NCBI GenBank assembly: GCA_041641305.1
Contig: JBEPYN010000001.1
Coordinates: forward strand, 64,001 to 128,000
From: Nitrososphaerota archaeon
GTDB taxonomy: Archaea > Thermoproteota > Nitrososphaeria_A > Caldarchaeales > Caldarchaeaceae
Length of the DNA: 64,000 bases
Direction: 5' to 3'
Shown: one piece after another, positions 36,909 through 45,581 of the stretch
How positions within the stretch are numbered: position 1 is the first letter of the stretch
Layout: each line of letters starts with the position of its first letter
The notes under the pieces: model-generated
Told to the model about the DNA's origin: nothing
Databases searched by the model: none
Seen by the model: only the letters and a program-made list of their open reading frames with translations
Program-made: the position numbers and the translations under genes

Positions 36909-38009
36909 ATGGTCCTTCTGAAAAGTTCTTTGAGGAATTTTGTTCCCTACTCTTGGGAGGCTTCTAGCGAGGAGATTGCGAGGAAATATGGTCTGAAGGT
37001 TGGGCAGATTGTGAGAATGGATTTGAATACCTCGCCTTATCAACCTCGTCGATGGCTGCGCAGCCTTGCCGCCAAGTTACCCGACATGCCAGTAAACCTT
37101 TACCCAGACACGAGTTACAGCAGATTCCGTGAAAAAGTTTCAGCATACACTGGTTTGAACTCGGATATGGTGCTAGTGGGAAACGGAGGAGACGAATGCA
37201 TAATGATAGCTTGTCAAGCATTTCTCGAGAAAGGGCTAAACGCTGTGATAAGCAGCCCCACCTACTCCTATTTCCGCATCGCGGCTGAAATAAACTCGGC
37301 AGAGGTTCGTCTAGTTAAGAGGAAACCCGACGGGTCAGACGACGTTGACAATATCCTCCAGGCGATGGACAAAAACACAGGAGCAATATTTCTATGCAGC
37401 CCAAATAACCCAACAGGTGTCACTACCCCAATCCAAGAGATCCGAAAAATAGCCGCAGAGGCCTCATGTCCAGTTATAGTTGATGAAGCATATTATGAAT
37501 ACTGCGGCAAGACAGCCGCCTCTCTTCTGAACAGCTATTCCAACATCGTAGTGGTCAGGACACTTTCCAAGGCTTTTTCGCTGGCTGGTGCAAGAGTTGG
37601 CTACGCTCTAGCAGCCGAGGAAACAATCAATATTCTCAACAAGGTTAGGCCGCCGAACAGCCTAAGTATAATCTCTCTCGCCTTGGCTGAAAAAGCGCTG
37701 TCGCAACATGATCAAGTGAGGAAGTGGGTTCAGGCCACTGTGGAGGAGCGACAGAAACTCGCATCCAATCTAAGAAGTATCCCAGGAGTGGTTGTTAGAG
37801 AATCTGAAGCAAACTTTCTACTTCTAACCTTCAAAAACCATGACGCGGCCAAAATTCATCAGAAGCTTATAGAGAGAGGCTTCGTCACAAGACACCTCGG
37901 AAACATTCTACCCAACACATTACGGGTTACAGTTGCCAGCGCCACAGCAAACAAGAAATTCATCAAAACATTCCGAAGCATTGTTGAAGGGACTGAACAT
38001 GCAGTTTAG
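36909..38009 (+). CDS. hisC: Histidinol-phosphate aminotransferase
   Basis: GNGGDE, CSPNNPTG, VDEAYYEY, RTLSKAFSLAGARVGY. Confidence 0.9.
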   Translation: MVLLKSSLRNFVPYSWEASSEEIARKYGLKVGQIVRMDLNTSPYQPRRWLRSLAAKLPDMPVNLYPDTSYSRFREKVSAYTGLNSDMVLVGNGGDECIMIACQAFLEKGLNAVISSPTYSYFRIAAEINSAEVRLVKRKPDGSDDVDNILQAMDKNTGAIFLCSPNNPTGVTTPIQEIRKIAAEASCPVIVDEAYYEYCGKTAASLLNSYSNIVVVRTLSKAFSLAGARVGYALAAEETINILNKVRPPNSLSIISLALAEKALSQHDQVRKWVQATVEERQKLASNLRSIPGVVVRESEANFLLLTFKNHDAAKIHQKLIERGFVTRHLGNILPNTLRVTVASATANKKFIKTFRSIVEGTEHAV

Positions 38010-38082
38010 CCCTGGGAGGGCTTTGAACCCTCGACCTGCCGCTTACAAGGCGGCCGCTCTAACCGGGCTGAGCTACCAGGGC
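38008..38082 (-). tRNA. tRNA-Thr(TGT), intronless
   Basis: Reverse complement GCCCTGGTAGCTCAGCC...GCCGC-CTTGTAA-GCGGC-AGGTC-GAGGGTTCAAAGCCCTC-CCAGGGCT. Confidence 0.95.
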
Positions 38083-38117
38083 TCAGAAACACTGTAGGAA
38101 TCGCGTGTTTTTATCTT

Positions 38118-38402
38118 TTAGACCGCTTTCTTCTTAACAATTTTCACCATGCTCCCCTGTCCAAGACCCGACGGCCCTCCCTGTGAGATAGCCTCCTCTG
38201 AAAACCTGACGCGGAGAGTATCGTCCTCGTGGAGGTCTGTCACCACACCCCGCCATATCTCGCCTTTGAAGTCTTCGTAGAGTACCTCGCAGCCAACCAT
38301 TGTTTCCAGCTCTTTTCTATCCAATGGTGAAGTAGTCGAGACAATGCAGTCGTCTCCGTCGAAAGCCACCACTATCGCGCTAACATCCTCTTCCTCGCTC
38401 AA
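38118..38402 (-). CDS. Acidic hypothetical protein resembling ribosomal protein L35Ae (eL33) fold
   Basis: Pattern R.E...MVG.EV.Y....G....G.V...H.....LRVRF.....G....V.I parallels archaeal L35Ae. Confidence 0.55.
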   Translation of the reverse strand: MSEEEDVSAIVVAFDGDDCIVSTTSPLDRKELETMVGCEVLYEDFKGEIWRGVVTDLHEDDTLRVRFSEEAISQGGPSGLGQGSMVKIVKKKAV

Positions 38403-38479
38403 CGTTCCAGGATTTGCTGAGGCTGTTTATATATTGTTGTTCACCAAAACTTATTAGTTGATGAGCCCTCAGTGACTAT

Positions 38480-38887
38480 ATGCCGGTTGATGATGAACTC
38501 GAGAAAATAAAGATGCGTAAAATGATGGAGATGTTGTCGGCCTCTGGGAAAACCAGTTCTCCTGTTATATCTGAACCTGTTGAGTTGACTGACCAAAGCT
38601 TCGACGATTTTGTGAAGAATCATGATTTTGTGGTGGTTGATTTCTGGGCTGAATGGTGTGCTCCATGCAGAGCCATTGCTCCTGTTGTGAAGGAGCTTGC
38701 TAAACAGTACGCTGGTCGGGTTCTTTTCGGTAAGCTTAACGTAGACGAGAATCCACGCACAGCGTCTGCTTTCGGCATAATGGGTATTCCGACGCTGCTT
38801 TTCTTCAAACACGGCCGGGTCATTGATATGGTTGTGGGAGCTGTGCCCAAACGTGTGCTAGAATCGCGGATTAACCAGTATCTTTAG
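38480..38887 (+). CDS. trxA: Thioredoxin
   Basis: VVDFWAEWCAPC, LNVDEN, IPTLL. Confidence 0.95.
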   Translation: MPVDDELEKIKMRKMMEMLSASGKTSSPVISEPVELTDQSFDDFVKNHDFVVVDFWAEWCAPCRAIAPVVKELAKQYAGRVLFGKLNVDENPRTASAFGIMGIPTLLFFKHGRVIDMVVGAVPKRVLESRINQYL

Positions 38888-38928
38888 AGGCAAAAAGGTA
38901 AAAATTCCTCGAGAATAGGAGTTGGTGG

Positions 38929-39867
38929 ATGGCCGCTTCGCTACAAGAGCCGGAAACAATGGAGCTTGTGGAGATATTAAGGCATGACATAGAAACAAGA
39001 TTACGGGAAAGAATAGAGGGAAGACCTGACAGGCTGCTGATTGAACGTGCTGTCCGGGGCGGTAAAAGACTCAGGCCAATCCTTCTTTTGACAGTTTTCA
39101 AAGCCCTCGGAGGCTCCGACTACAACAAGGCCCTCGACGTAGCTGTAGCCCTCGAGCTCGCACATAGCGCAAGTCTTGTCCACGACGACATCGTTGACCT
39201 CGACAAGACTAGGCGGGGAAGGGCGAGTCTATGGTACCAGATAGGTGCTGGGAAAGCAATCATCCAAGGACATCGGATTATCAACCTTGCTTTCAACATT
39301 GTTCTTGACATTGGTGAGGAGATGACTAGGATATTTGTTGAGGCTTGGGACAGGGCCTCGAAGGGCATTCTCGATGAGGTGGTTAACAAGGCTGCTTTGA
39401 CCGAGCGACTCTACCTGCTCATGATAAGGGAAAAAACTGCGTCGTTGTTTGAGGCTGCTGCGCATGCGGGAGCCGTTTTGGCGAGTGCATCATCCGACAC
39501 GATCCAACTTATGAGAAGATACGGCTCCGAAGTCGGAACAGTTTACCAGCTTGCCGACGACCTCACCGAGAACATAAACAGGAAACAATTAGGCCGAATA
39601 TATTTCCTAACACATGAGATGAGAGAGCGTCTAATCCATCTTCTTGTAGCCTCTAAAACAAAACAGGTCAGGATGTTATTCAGAGCAGTAACACCCTACA
39701 CACCGCAGGAGGAGTTTATGAAAAGACAAATCGTTGAAAGAATCCGCTCAGCGGTGAACCTGGCCACCGACGATAGGATACCTGAAAATCCTTACAAGGG
39801 TCTCTTAAGGAAATTGCCTTGGATGTTCGTTAAACAAATGCTGAGGGAGAGTAGTAAAAGGGTTTAA
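38929..39867 (+). CDS. Polyprenyl diphosphate synthase (trans-prenyltransferase)
   Basis: GGKRLRP, ASLVHDDIVD..RRG, KTASLF, YQLADD. Confidence 0.9.
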   Translation: MAASLQEPETMELVEILRHDIETRLRERIEGRPDRLLIERAVRGGKRLRPILLLTVFKALGGSDYNKALDVAVALELAHSASLVHDDIVDLDKTRRGRASLWYQIGAGKAIIQGHRIINLAFNIVLDIGEEMTRIFVEAWDRASKGILDEVVNKAALTERLYLLMIREKTASLFEAAAHAGAVLASASSDTIQLMRRYGSEVGTVYQLADDLTENINRKQLGRIYFLTHEMRERLIHLLVASKTKQVRMLFRAVTPYTPQEEFMKRQIVERIRSAVNLATDDRIPENPYKGLLRKLPWMFVKQMLRESSKRV

Positions 39868-39894
39868 ACGTTCGGGTATTTTTGACACCGTGGC

Positions 39895-41448
39895 ATGGAT
39901 GTTTTAGCCACGGTATCTGTCAGCGTTTTGGCGGTACTTGTCTCCTTCCTTAGAATGGCCGCTGCATTAGCTGTCTCGGTTCTGTTTTCGATTGTGGTTG
40001 GGATAGCCGCTGGCACAAACAAAACCTTTGAAAAAGTGGCTGTGCCCGTGCTGGATATTCTCCAGTCTATCCCTATCCTAGGGTTCTTCCCTATCGCTAT
40101 CCAGATTTTCTACGCTGCATCACCCGTTTTTGGTGCAGAGCTGGCCGCAATATTTCTTATTTTCACGAGCCAAGTTTGGAACATCACGTTTGCCGTGTAC
40201 GAGTCGACTAGGTTTATCCAGCCCGAGCTTCTCGATGTGGCGAATTCTATGAAGATGAGTTCTTTTGACAGGTTTAGACACATCTACCTACCGGCGAGTT
40301 TACCCCGAATTGTGAGAAACTTTCAACCCTCTTGGGCTAACGGGATGTTCTTCATAGTCGGGGCAGAGATACTTGCCTTCGGTGATATAAAGCTTAAGCT
40401 TTTCGGAGTAGGGACGCTGGTCTCAGAATATGCCGTAGCAGGTGATCTACTGGGAATCACCACAGTTCTCATAGTTCTTGTAGCTGCGACGGTCATGGTC
40501 AACGTTGTCGTCTTCATACCCCTTGGCAACATGTTTGAGACGGCGGGACCGCCGCCATCGGGGATCTTGAGACGCTTAACATTCGTCAAGAAACTCGTCA
40601 AACCTGTTCAAACATCTCTTTCAGCGCCAATGAGTAGCTTCTTTGAATATCAACGGTCAGTCGCTGGGCTTGTTAAAAAAGTATCTATACTAGGGTCTTT
40701 GGGACGCAACCTTGTTTTCCTTGCATTGACGGGATTTTTGGCGACAATTGCCATAACGCGGGGAAATGAAGTTTTTGGAAACCTCTATCAAGCATTTGGC
40801 AGGATAGGTGTGGAAACTCTTCTCAGTTCCACATTTTTTTCCTTTCTCAGGGTGATGGCGGCTGTAGGGTTCTCGGTGGCGTGGAGCGTTCCAGCCGCTG
40901 TAGCGATTGCGCGCAGACCTCAGCTGTCAAACGCGGTTACCACGGTTTTCCAAGTGATAGCGTCTGTCCCGGTGACAATAGTGTATCCGCTCTTTGCCGA
41001 GACGCTTAAAGACCAGCCAGAGCTGAGAGCTTTTATGATGATTCTCGCGGCCACGCAGTGGTATGTGTTTTTCCAGATTTTGGCGGGTCTGAAAAACATT
41101 CCAAGGTCAGAGCTTGAAGTGTCTGACCTTTTACAGCTGAAGCTGTGGACTAGGATTAGGACGGTGTATTTGCCGAGGGCGCTGCCCGCACTAATAACGG
41201 GGTGTATAACAGCTGCTGGGGGAGCATGGAACGGTCTGGTGGTTGCGGAGCGTCTCGTCCTCGGGGACTTGGTGGCGGAAACAAACCTGCCAGGACTGGG
41301 CAAGCTCCTTTCACAACTTACCTACGCAGGAGACTTGCTGGGCAGCGTAACCGTCCTCATCATCATGTCCTCAATCGTCGTGTTGATGAACCGTTTGTTC
41401 TGGAAAAGGCTCTACGACCTGATTGCTTCTAAGCTTAAAATTGAGTAA
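39895..41448 (+). CDS. NitT/TauT-family ABC transporter permease (duplicated domain)
   Basis: LDILQSIPILGFFP, FTSQVWN, AAGGAWN. Confidence 0.88.
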   Translation: MDVLATVSVSVLAVLVSFLRMAAALAVSVLFSIVVGIAAGTNKTFEKVAVPVLDILQSIPILGFFPIAIQIFYAASPVFGAELAAIFLIFTSQVWNITFAVYESTRFIQPELLDVANSMKMSSFDRFRHIYLPASLPRIVRNFQPSWANGMFFIVGAEILAFGDIKLKLFGVGTLVSEYAVAGDLLGITTVLIVLVAATVMVNVVVFIPLGNMFETAGPPPSGILRRLTFVKKLVKPVQTSLSAPMSSFFEYQRSVAGLVKKVSILGSLGRNLVFLALTGFLATIAITRGNEVFGNLYQAFGRIGVETLLSSTFFSFLRVMAAVGFSVAWSVPAAVAIARRPQLSNAVTTVFQVIASVPVTIVYPLFAETLKDQPELRAFMMILAATQWYVFFQILAGLKNIPRSELEVSDLLQLKLWTRIRTVYLPRALPALITGCITAAGGAWNGLVVAERLVLGDLVAETNLPGLGKLLSQLTYAGDLLGSVTVLIIMSSIVVLMNRLFWKRLYDLIASKLKIE

Positions 41449-41486
41449 CATTGCTTAACGCTTCAAGAAAAAGCGGGCGATTTAGC

Positions 41487-42248
41487 ATGGACGATGCGAT
41501 ACTAAGAGTGGTTGACGTAAGCCACAGCTACTACACAAAAAAGGGAGTGGTACTCGAGGTTATCAATAACATGAACTTCGACGTCAAGTATGGTGAGTTT
41601 CTCGGAATAGTTGGTCAAAGCGGCTCAGGCAAAACCACGTTGCTTAAGATAATGGCGGGGCTTATCAAACCAGTGTCGGGCAAGGTTTTGTACAAGGGTA
41701 AGCCGGTGACAGGCCCCACGCCCGCCATCTCACTAGTTTTCCAGGAGCCTGTGCTATTTCCTTGGCTCACTGTTTTGGAGAACGTCGTTCTTGCCCTCAA
41801 ACGTGTTAAGAACATTTCCAAGGATGAAATGGTTGTTAAGGCCCAGTCTTTCTTGGATATGGTGGGTCTATCAGGTTTTGAGAACAGCTACCCGGGTGAG
41901 TTAAGTGGGGGAATGAAGCAGAGAGTTGTGCTTGCAAGAGCTCTTGTAACGAATCCCGATGTTTTGTTAATGGATGAGCCCTTCAGCAACCTCGACCCTT
42001 TGACAGCCATATCTCTTAGGAGGGAAATTGACATGTTGCGTCAGCATGAAACACTCCCCCCAACATCGGTTGTGCTTGTTTCCCACAACGTAGAGGAAAT
42101 CGTGGAGCTAAGCGACCGGGTGCTTGTGCTCACCAGCAGGCCCGCTCAAGTGGCCGGCGAAATCGTGATAGATATGGAGAAGCCGAGGGATAGGAGAACC
42201 CCACGTTTCTACGAATATGTTGACGCAATCTTCACAATGATGAGTTAG
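41487..42248 (+). CDS. NitT/TauT-family ABC transporter ATP-binding protein
   Basis: GQSGSGKT, LFPWLTV.ENV, YP.ELSGGMKQR, MDEPFS.LDPLTA. Confidence 0.93.
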   Translation: MDDAILRVVDVSHSYYTKKGVVLEVINNMNFDVKYGEFLGIVGQSGSGKTTLLKIMAGLIKPVSGKVLYKGKPVTGPTPAISLVFQEPVLFPWLTVLENVVLALKRVKNISKDEMVVKAQSFLDMVGLSGFENSYPGELSGGMKQRVVLARALVTNPDVLLMDEPFSNLDPLTAISLRREIDMLRQHETLPPTSVVLVSHNVEEIVELSDRVLVLTSRPAQVAGEIVIDMEKPRDRRTPRFYEYVDAIFTMMS

Positions 42249-42750
42249 ATGTTTTACGCATACGCAGCTTGAATAGCCCTGTGTCGCCATCGTATGAAAG
42301 TATCTCGGTGTAGATAAGCCAGTCAAGGATAAGCTCCCTAAGCTTCTCAGAGTCCTGTGTATATTCTACAAGTTCTTTGTTTTCCGACATCACGTTTAGC
42401 AGCTCCTCTATGTTAAAGCCTTTGGGTTTTGTTTTTGCGAGTTCTATGATTGTTTTGAAAGGCTCGAGGTTTGGGATCTGCTCCTTCAATATCTTCTTCT
42501 TTCCCTTCGCAAGGCTTTTGCTCACCTTTATGCCAAGCTGTGTCGCGACTCCTTCTCCGTCATGGACCTCGAGTAGGCCGAGAAGCTCCGCTGCGTTTGA
42601 TGCCGGGAGAATTTGGTCTACCTCCATCTGGAGCTCGCGTGCGATGAAGGCGAGGTCGGCTTTTCCCCCATAGGCTACGACCATCTCGAGCAGGCCCAAA
42701 ACTGTTCCGAGCCTTGCTTCGGACGGAAACTTCATCGGCTGTTGTCCCAT
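42232..42750 (-). CDS. Stand-alone C-terminal AAA-associated domain protein (AAA_assoc_C-like)
   Basis: GLLE....GGKADL..IA.EL..EVD.ILP...AAELLG...DW..Y.E...YD pattern of the domain normally fused to NitT ATPases. Confidence 0.75.
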   Translation of the reverse strand: MGQQPMKFPSEARLGTVLGLLEMVVAYGGKADLAFIARELQMEVDQILPASNAAELLGLLEVHDGEGVATQLGIKVSKSLAKGKKKILKEQIPNLEPFKTIIELAKTKPKGFNIEELLNVMSENKELVEYTQDSEKLRELILDWLIYTEILSYDGDTGLFKLRMRKTSNSSL

Positions 42751-42801
42751 CTGTTTAAACAATGGGTTGGTCGGGAAATTAAAGGGTTAAGGCACATAAA
42801 A

Positions 42802-43950
42802 CTAATATAGCGATTCCACGGCATCAGCCGCCTCTGCGACACCGCGGCACCTCCACGCAATCTCCGACAAACGCATAATCCTCTCAGCAACACCTTCATC
42901 ATTCAACAAATCTTTAACAGATTTCATGAAGCTTTCGGGAGACAGGTCTTTCTGGTTGATCATTTTACCTACACCAAGTTCTTCAACTCTTGAAACATTC
43001 GCAAACTGTTCGCCATGCTGTGGAGTTGGAATAACCACTGTCGGCTTACCGTATAGCAGGCATTTTAGCAGAAGAGTTAATCCTCCGCGGCACACAACGA
43101 GGTCAGCGGCCTCGAGGTAGAGGTCGAGGTCTGGTATCCAGCTTTTAACATGTAGAGCTCCCCTTCGCACATCAATGTTTGAGGTTGGATCTGCGGTCGA
43201 CATCACATAGACAAAGTCGTCGCTCAACTTGTCACCAAACTCTGTAAACATCTCCACCAAAACTTTTTTCTCCTCAACCCCGCCGCTGACCACCACCAGA
43301 ATAAACGGCTTGGCCAAGGCCCCGTGTATCGCCCTGACCTCCTCCAAATCGCTTCTATCGTGTCTAATTGGCTTTGTCAAAGGCCCCGTGTAGACAACTC
43401 TATCGATCAGCTTCTTAGATATCTGTAATGTGTGCTCGGAGATTGTGTGGGGTGGGGGCAAGTCGGGTATAATGATTTTGTCCGAGAGGTTCCATACATG
43501 CTGAGGTGCTTGTAGCATCGGTTGGAAAACCTCCGCCGCCCTTTGATGCTTTTCACTTAGTAGTAGAAGGTTGTATTGGTTTAGGATTGTGGCCACGGGT
43601 TTTCGTCGAATCTTTGCTGCAAGAGTAGCTGAAACCCTTGTATCTGAAACCACAGCATCTGCTTCACCAATTATGGATGTTTCAGCCAGAGTTTGAGCAG
43701 CCACCTTTATGGGGAGAAAAAGGTTGTCAACAATCGTTTTCTTCACCGATACGGAGCCGTCGACGCTTACCCCGTAACCCACCGACGGCACATGCGCGGG
43801 TTCGCATCCGTTTTTGGAGAGAAAGTTGAAGCCCTGTCCATATGATGAAAAGGTGAGAGTATGGCCTCTTCTCCACAGCTCTTCAGCTATTTCATACGAG
43901 CGTGTAGCATGGCCGAGCCCTATGCCGCAGACAGCGATATGTATCAGCAT
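42802..43950 (-). CDS. GT-B glycosyltransferase (MurG / MJ1255-like)
   Basis: CGIGLGHATR, ADLVVCRGG, GKP.VVIP...GEQ..N. Confidence 0.88.
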   Translation of the reverse strand: MLIHIAVCGIGLGHATRSYEIAEELWRRGHTLTFSSYGQGFNFLSKNGCEPAHVPSVGYGVSVDGSVSVKKTIVDNLFLPIKVAAQTLAETSIIGEADAVVSDTRVSATLAAKIRRKPVATILNQYNLLLLSEKHQRAAEVFQPMLQAPQHVWNLSDKIIIPDLPPPHTISEHTLQISKKLIDRVVYTGPLTKPIRHDRSDLEEVRAIHGALAKPFILVVVSGGVEEKKVLVEMFTEFGDKLSDDFVYVMSTADPTSNIDVRRGALHVKSWIPDLDLYLEAADLVVCRGGLTLLLKCLLYGKPTVVIPTPQHGEQFANVSRVEELGVGKMINQKDLSPESFMKSVKDLLNDEGVAERIMRLSEIAWRCRGVAEAADAVESLY

Positions 43951-44552
43951 TTTCCCGGCGAGAGCACCTGTTTTGTTATCGGTCCTTTAGGCCTCTCTTC
44001 AGCAAAGACATCCGCGGTAAATTTGTACAGCCTCATTTTTCCCTGCAGCCAGTATGTCGGATTTAGGCCAGCCTTGATGCAGAGATGGCTCAGAAACTCT
44101 TCGGCATCCCAGCCATATTCAACTGGAACTTGCGGTAGAAGAAGTCCCGACCCGAATGGTGTATCGATAATCAACCCCTCCACACCCACATCAATTTGCT
44201 GAGGCAGACTACGTCTCTCTGAGACATCAAGTTCAACAGGTTCAGTCAAAACACTCACCTCAAAAACAACATGAGGAAGCTCCCCAAGTGAGAGAGGTGG
44301 GAAACGCGGGTCCTCGATCGCTGATGCAACAGCGGCACGTATCGTGGCTTCTCCCAGCGGCAACGTGGGAAGCGGATAGCCTATGCAACCACGCAGCTCT
44401 TTAACCGGGTAGGAATATATTGAAACAAACACTCCACGCTTCACCCTCAGCCACTCATCCCCGGGCGGGTCCTCGAGTTTCCCAGTCTCCAGATAGGTTT
44501 CGACAGCTCTTCGAGCCAGTTGAACAAGCCTAGACCCCTTCTCAGTATCCAA
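43944..44552 (-). CDS. AMMECR1-domain protein (AmrA-like)
   Basis: GVFVS, LRGCIG, DPRFPPL, EVSVLT, GLLLPQV, LCIKAGL. Confidence 0.93.
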   Translation of the reverse strand: MDTEKGSRLVQLARRAVETYLETGKLEDPPGDEWLRVKRGVFVSIYSYPVKELRGCIGYPLPTLPLGEATIRAAVASAIEDPRFPPLSLGELPHVVFEVSVLTEPVELDVSERRSLPQQIDVGVEGLIIDTPFGSGLLLPQVPVEYGWDAEEFLSHLCIKAGLNPTYWLQGKMRLYKFTADVFAEERPKGPITKQVLSPGKC

Positions 44553-44976
44553 CGGCCTTCCCCTGAACCTTTTCTAGGACTTTTCTTATGTTGCGCCAGT
44601 GGCCTCCAATCCAATAGGTTTTTCCACATCCGCGGCATATCCATCTTTCCCGGGATTCGTGAACATGCTCAAGCAGGGTGTTGCAGATGGGGCAACGAGT
44701 TTTCAGTGGGTTAAAAGCCAGTTCTACACCTGTTTCGATACCAATTTTGATCAAGCTTTCCACCGTTTCAACCGTATCCACCAAGACCGTTTTTACACCA
44801 TGTTTCTTTAGCCTCGCCGCCAAAGTCTTGTCACGGGTCACAACAACACGTTCCTCTGCAATCGATTTCTCAATCAACTCATCGTCGGAAGCTTCTCTAA
44901 GATATACTGTGTCATATCCCAGTAGACGTAGCCAAGTAACCAGATGCCCCATCATTGTATCGAGAAGAAACTTCAT
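44542..44976 (-). CDS. Mut7-C RNase (PIN-like) domain protein
   Basis: FLLDTMMG.L..WLRLLGYD, TRD, RCPICN...C.GCGK.YW.G.HW. Confidence 0.92.
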   Translation of the reverse strand: MKFLLDTMMGHLVTWLRLLGYDTVYLREASDDELIEKSIAEERVVVTRDKTLAARLKKHGVKTVLVDTVETVESLIKIGIETGVELAFNPLKTRCPICNTLLEHVHESRERWICRGCGKTYWIGGHWRNIRKVLEKVQGKAVGY

Positions 44977-45581
44977 TCCCCCGGAGTTGCGCCGCCTTTT
45001 CCCTCAAGCTCGATGCGACAGTCCTCGCAGAGAAGCTGATCCTCTACCCGCACAAGGTAATCGGACCATTCTCCACAAAGCTCGCAATATCCCTCGGCAA
45101 CTGTCTGGTTAGATGCCGACACAGGAGTACCTATCCTCAGTTTCTCCCTCACTATTGACAGGATCTCAGGTGTAACCTGTAAGATGTCCTTTATTGTGAC
45201 TATCCCCGAAAGCCTCTCCTTGTAAACAACTACAAGGCGGCTGAGCTTGAGCTTGTTCATTTTGCTTAGGGCCTCGTCGATTGTCACGTCCGGCTCGACC
45301 GTCTGGAGCGGGGTGTTCATGATGTCACGGGCCCGCACCGTGTTGGGATCTGTCCCGTTAGCCACAACCTTCGTAACTATGTCTGTCTTTGTGATGATTC
45401 CAACTGGCTTCCCCTCAGACGTTATCACTACACTGCCGATCCCGTAGCGTCTCATCAACTCCGCCACCTCGACAACAGATGCCTCTGCATCTGCTTCCAC
45501 CACGGGACTCGACATCACGTCCCGCACCTTAAGCTCATCAACGAGTGTCGTGGGCTTCACCATTCCGACTAACCATGTCAT
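44973..45581 (-). CDS. CBS-domain protein with C-terminal zinc finger
   Basis: Two CBS repeats; GYCELCG...LLCEDC. Confidence 0.9.
   Translation of the reverse strand: MTWLVGMVKPTTLVDELKVRDVMSSPVVEADAEASVVEVAELMRRYGIGSVVITSEGKPVGIITKTDIVTKVVANGTDPNTVRARDIMNTPLQTVEPDVTIDEALSKMNKLKLSRLVVVYKERLSGIVTIKDILQVTPEILSIVREKLRIGTPVSASNQTVAEGYCELCGEWSDYLVRVEDQLLCEDCRIELEGKGGATPGE

Noticed and set aside
13650-38082. tRNA-targeted integrated element between tRNA genes
   Set aside because: No integrase and no duplicated tRNA 3' fragment were seen; the two tRNA-Thr genes are distinct isoacceptors.
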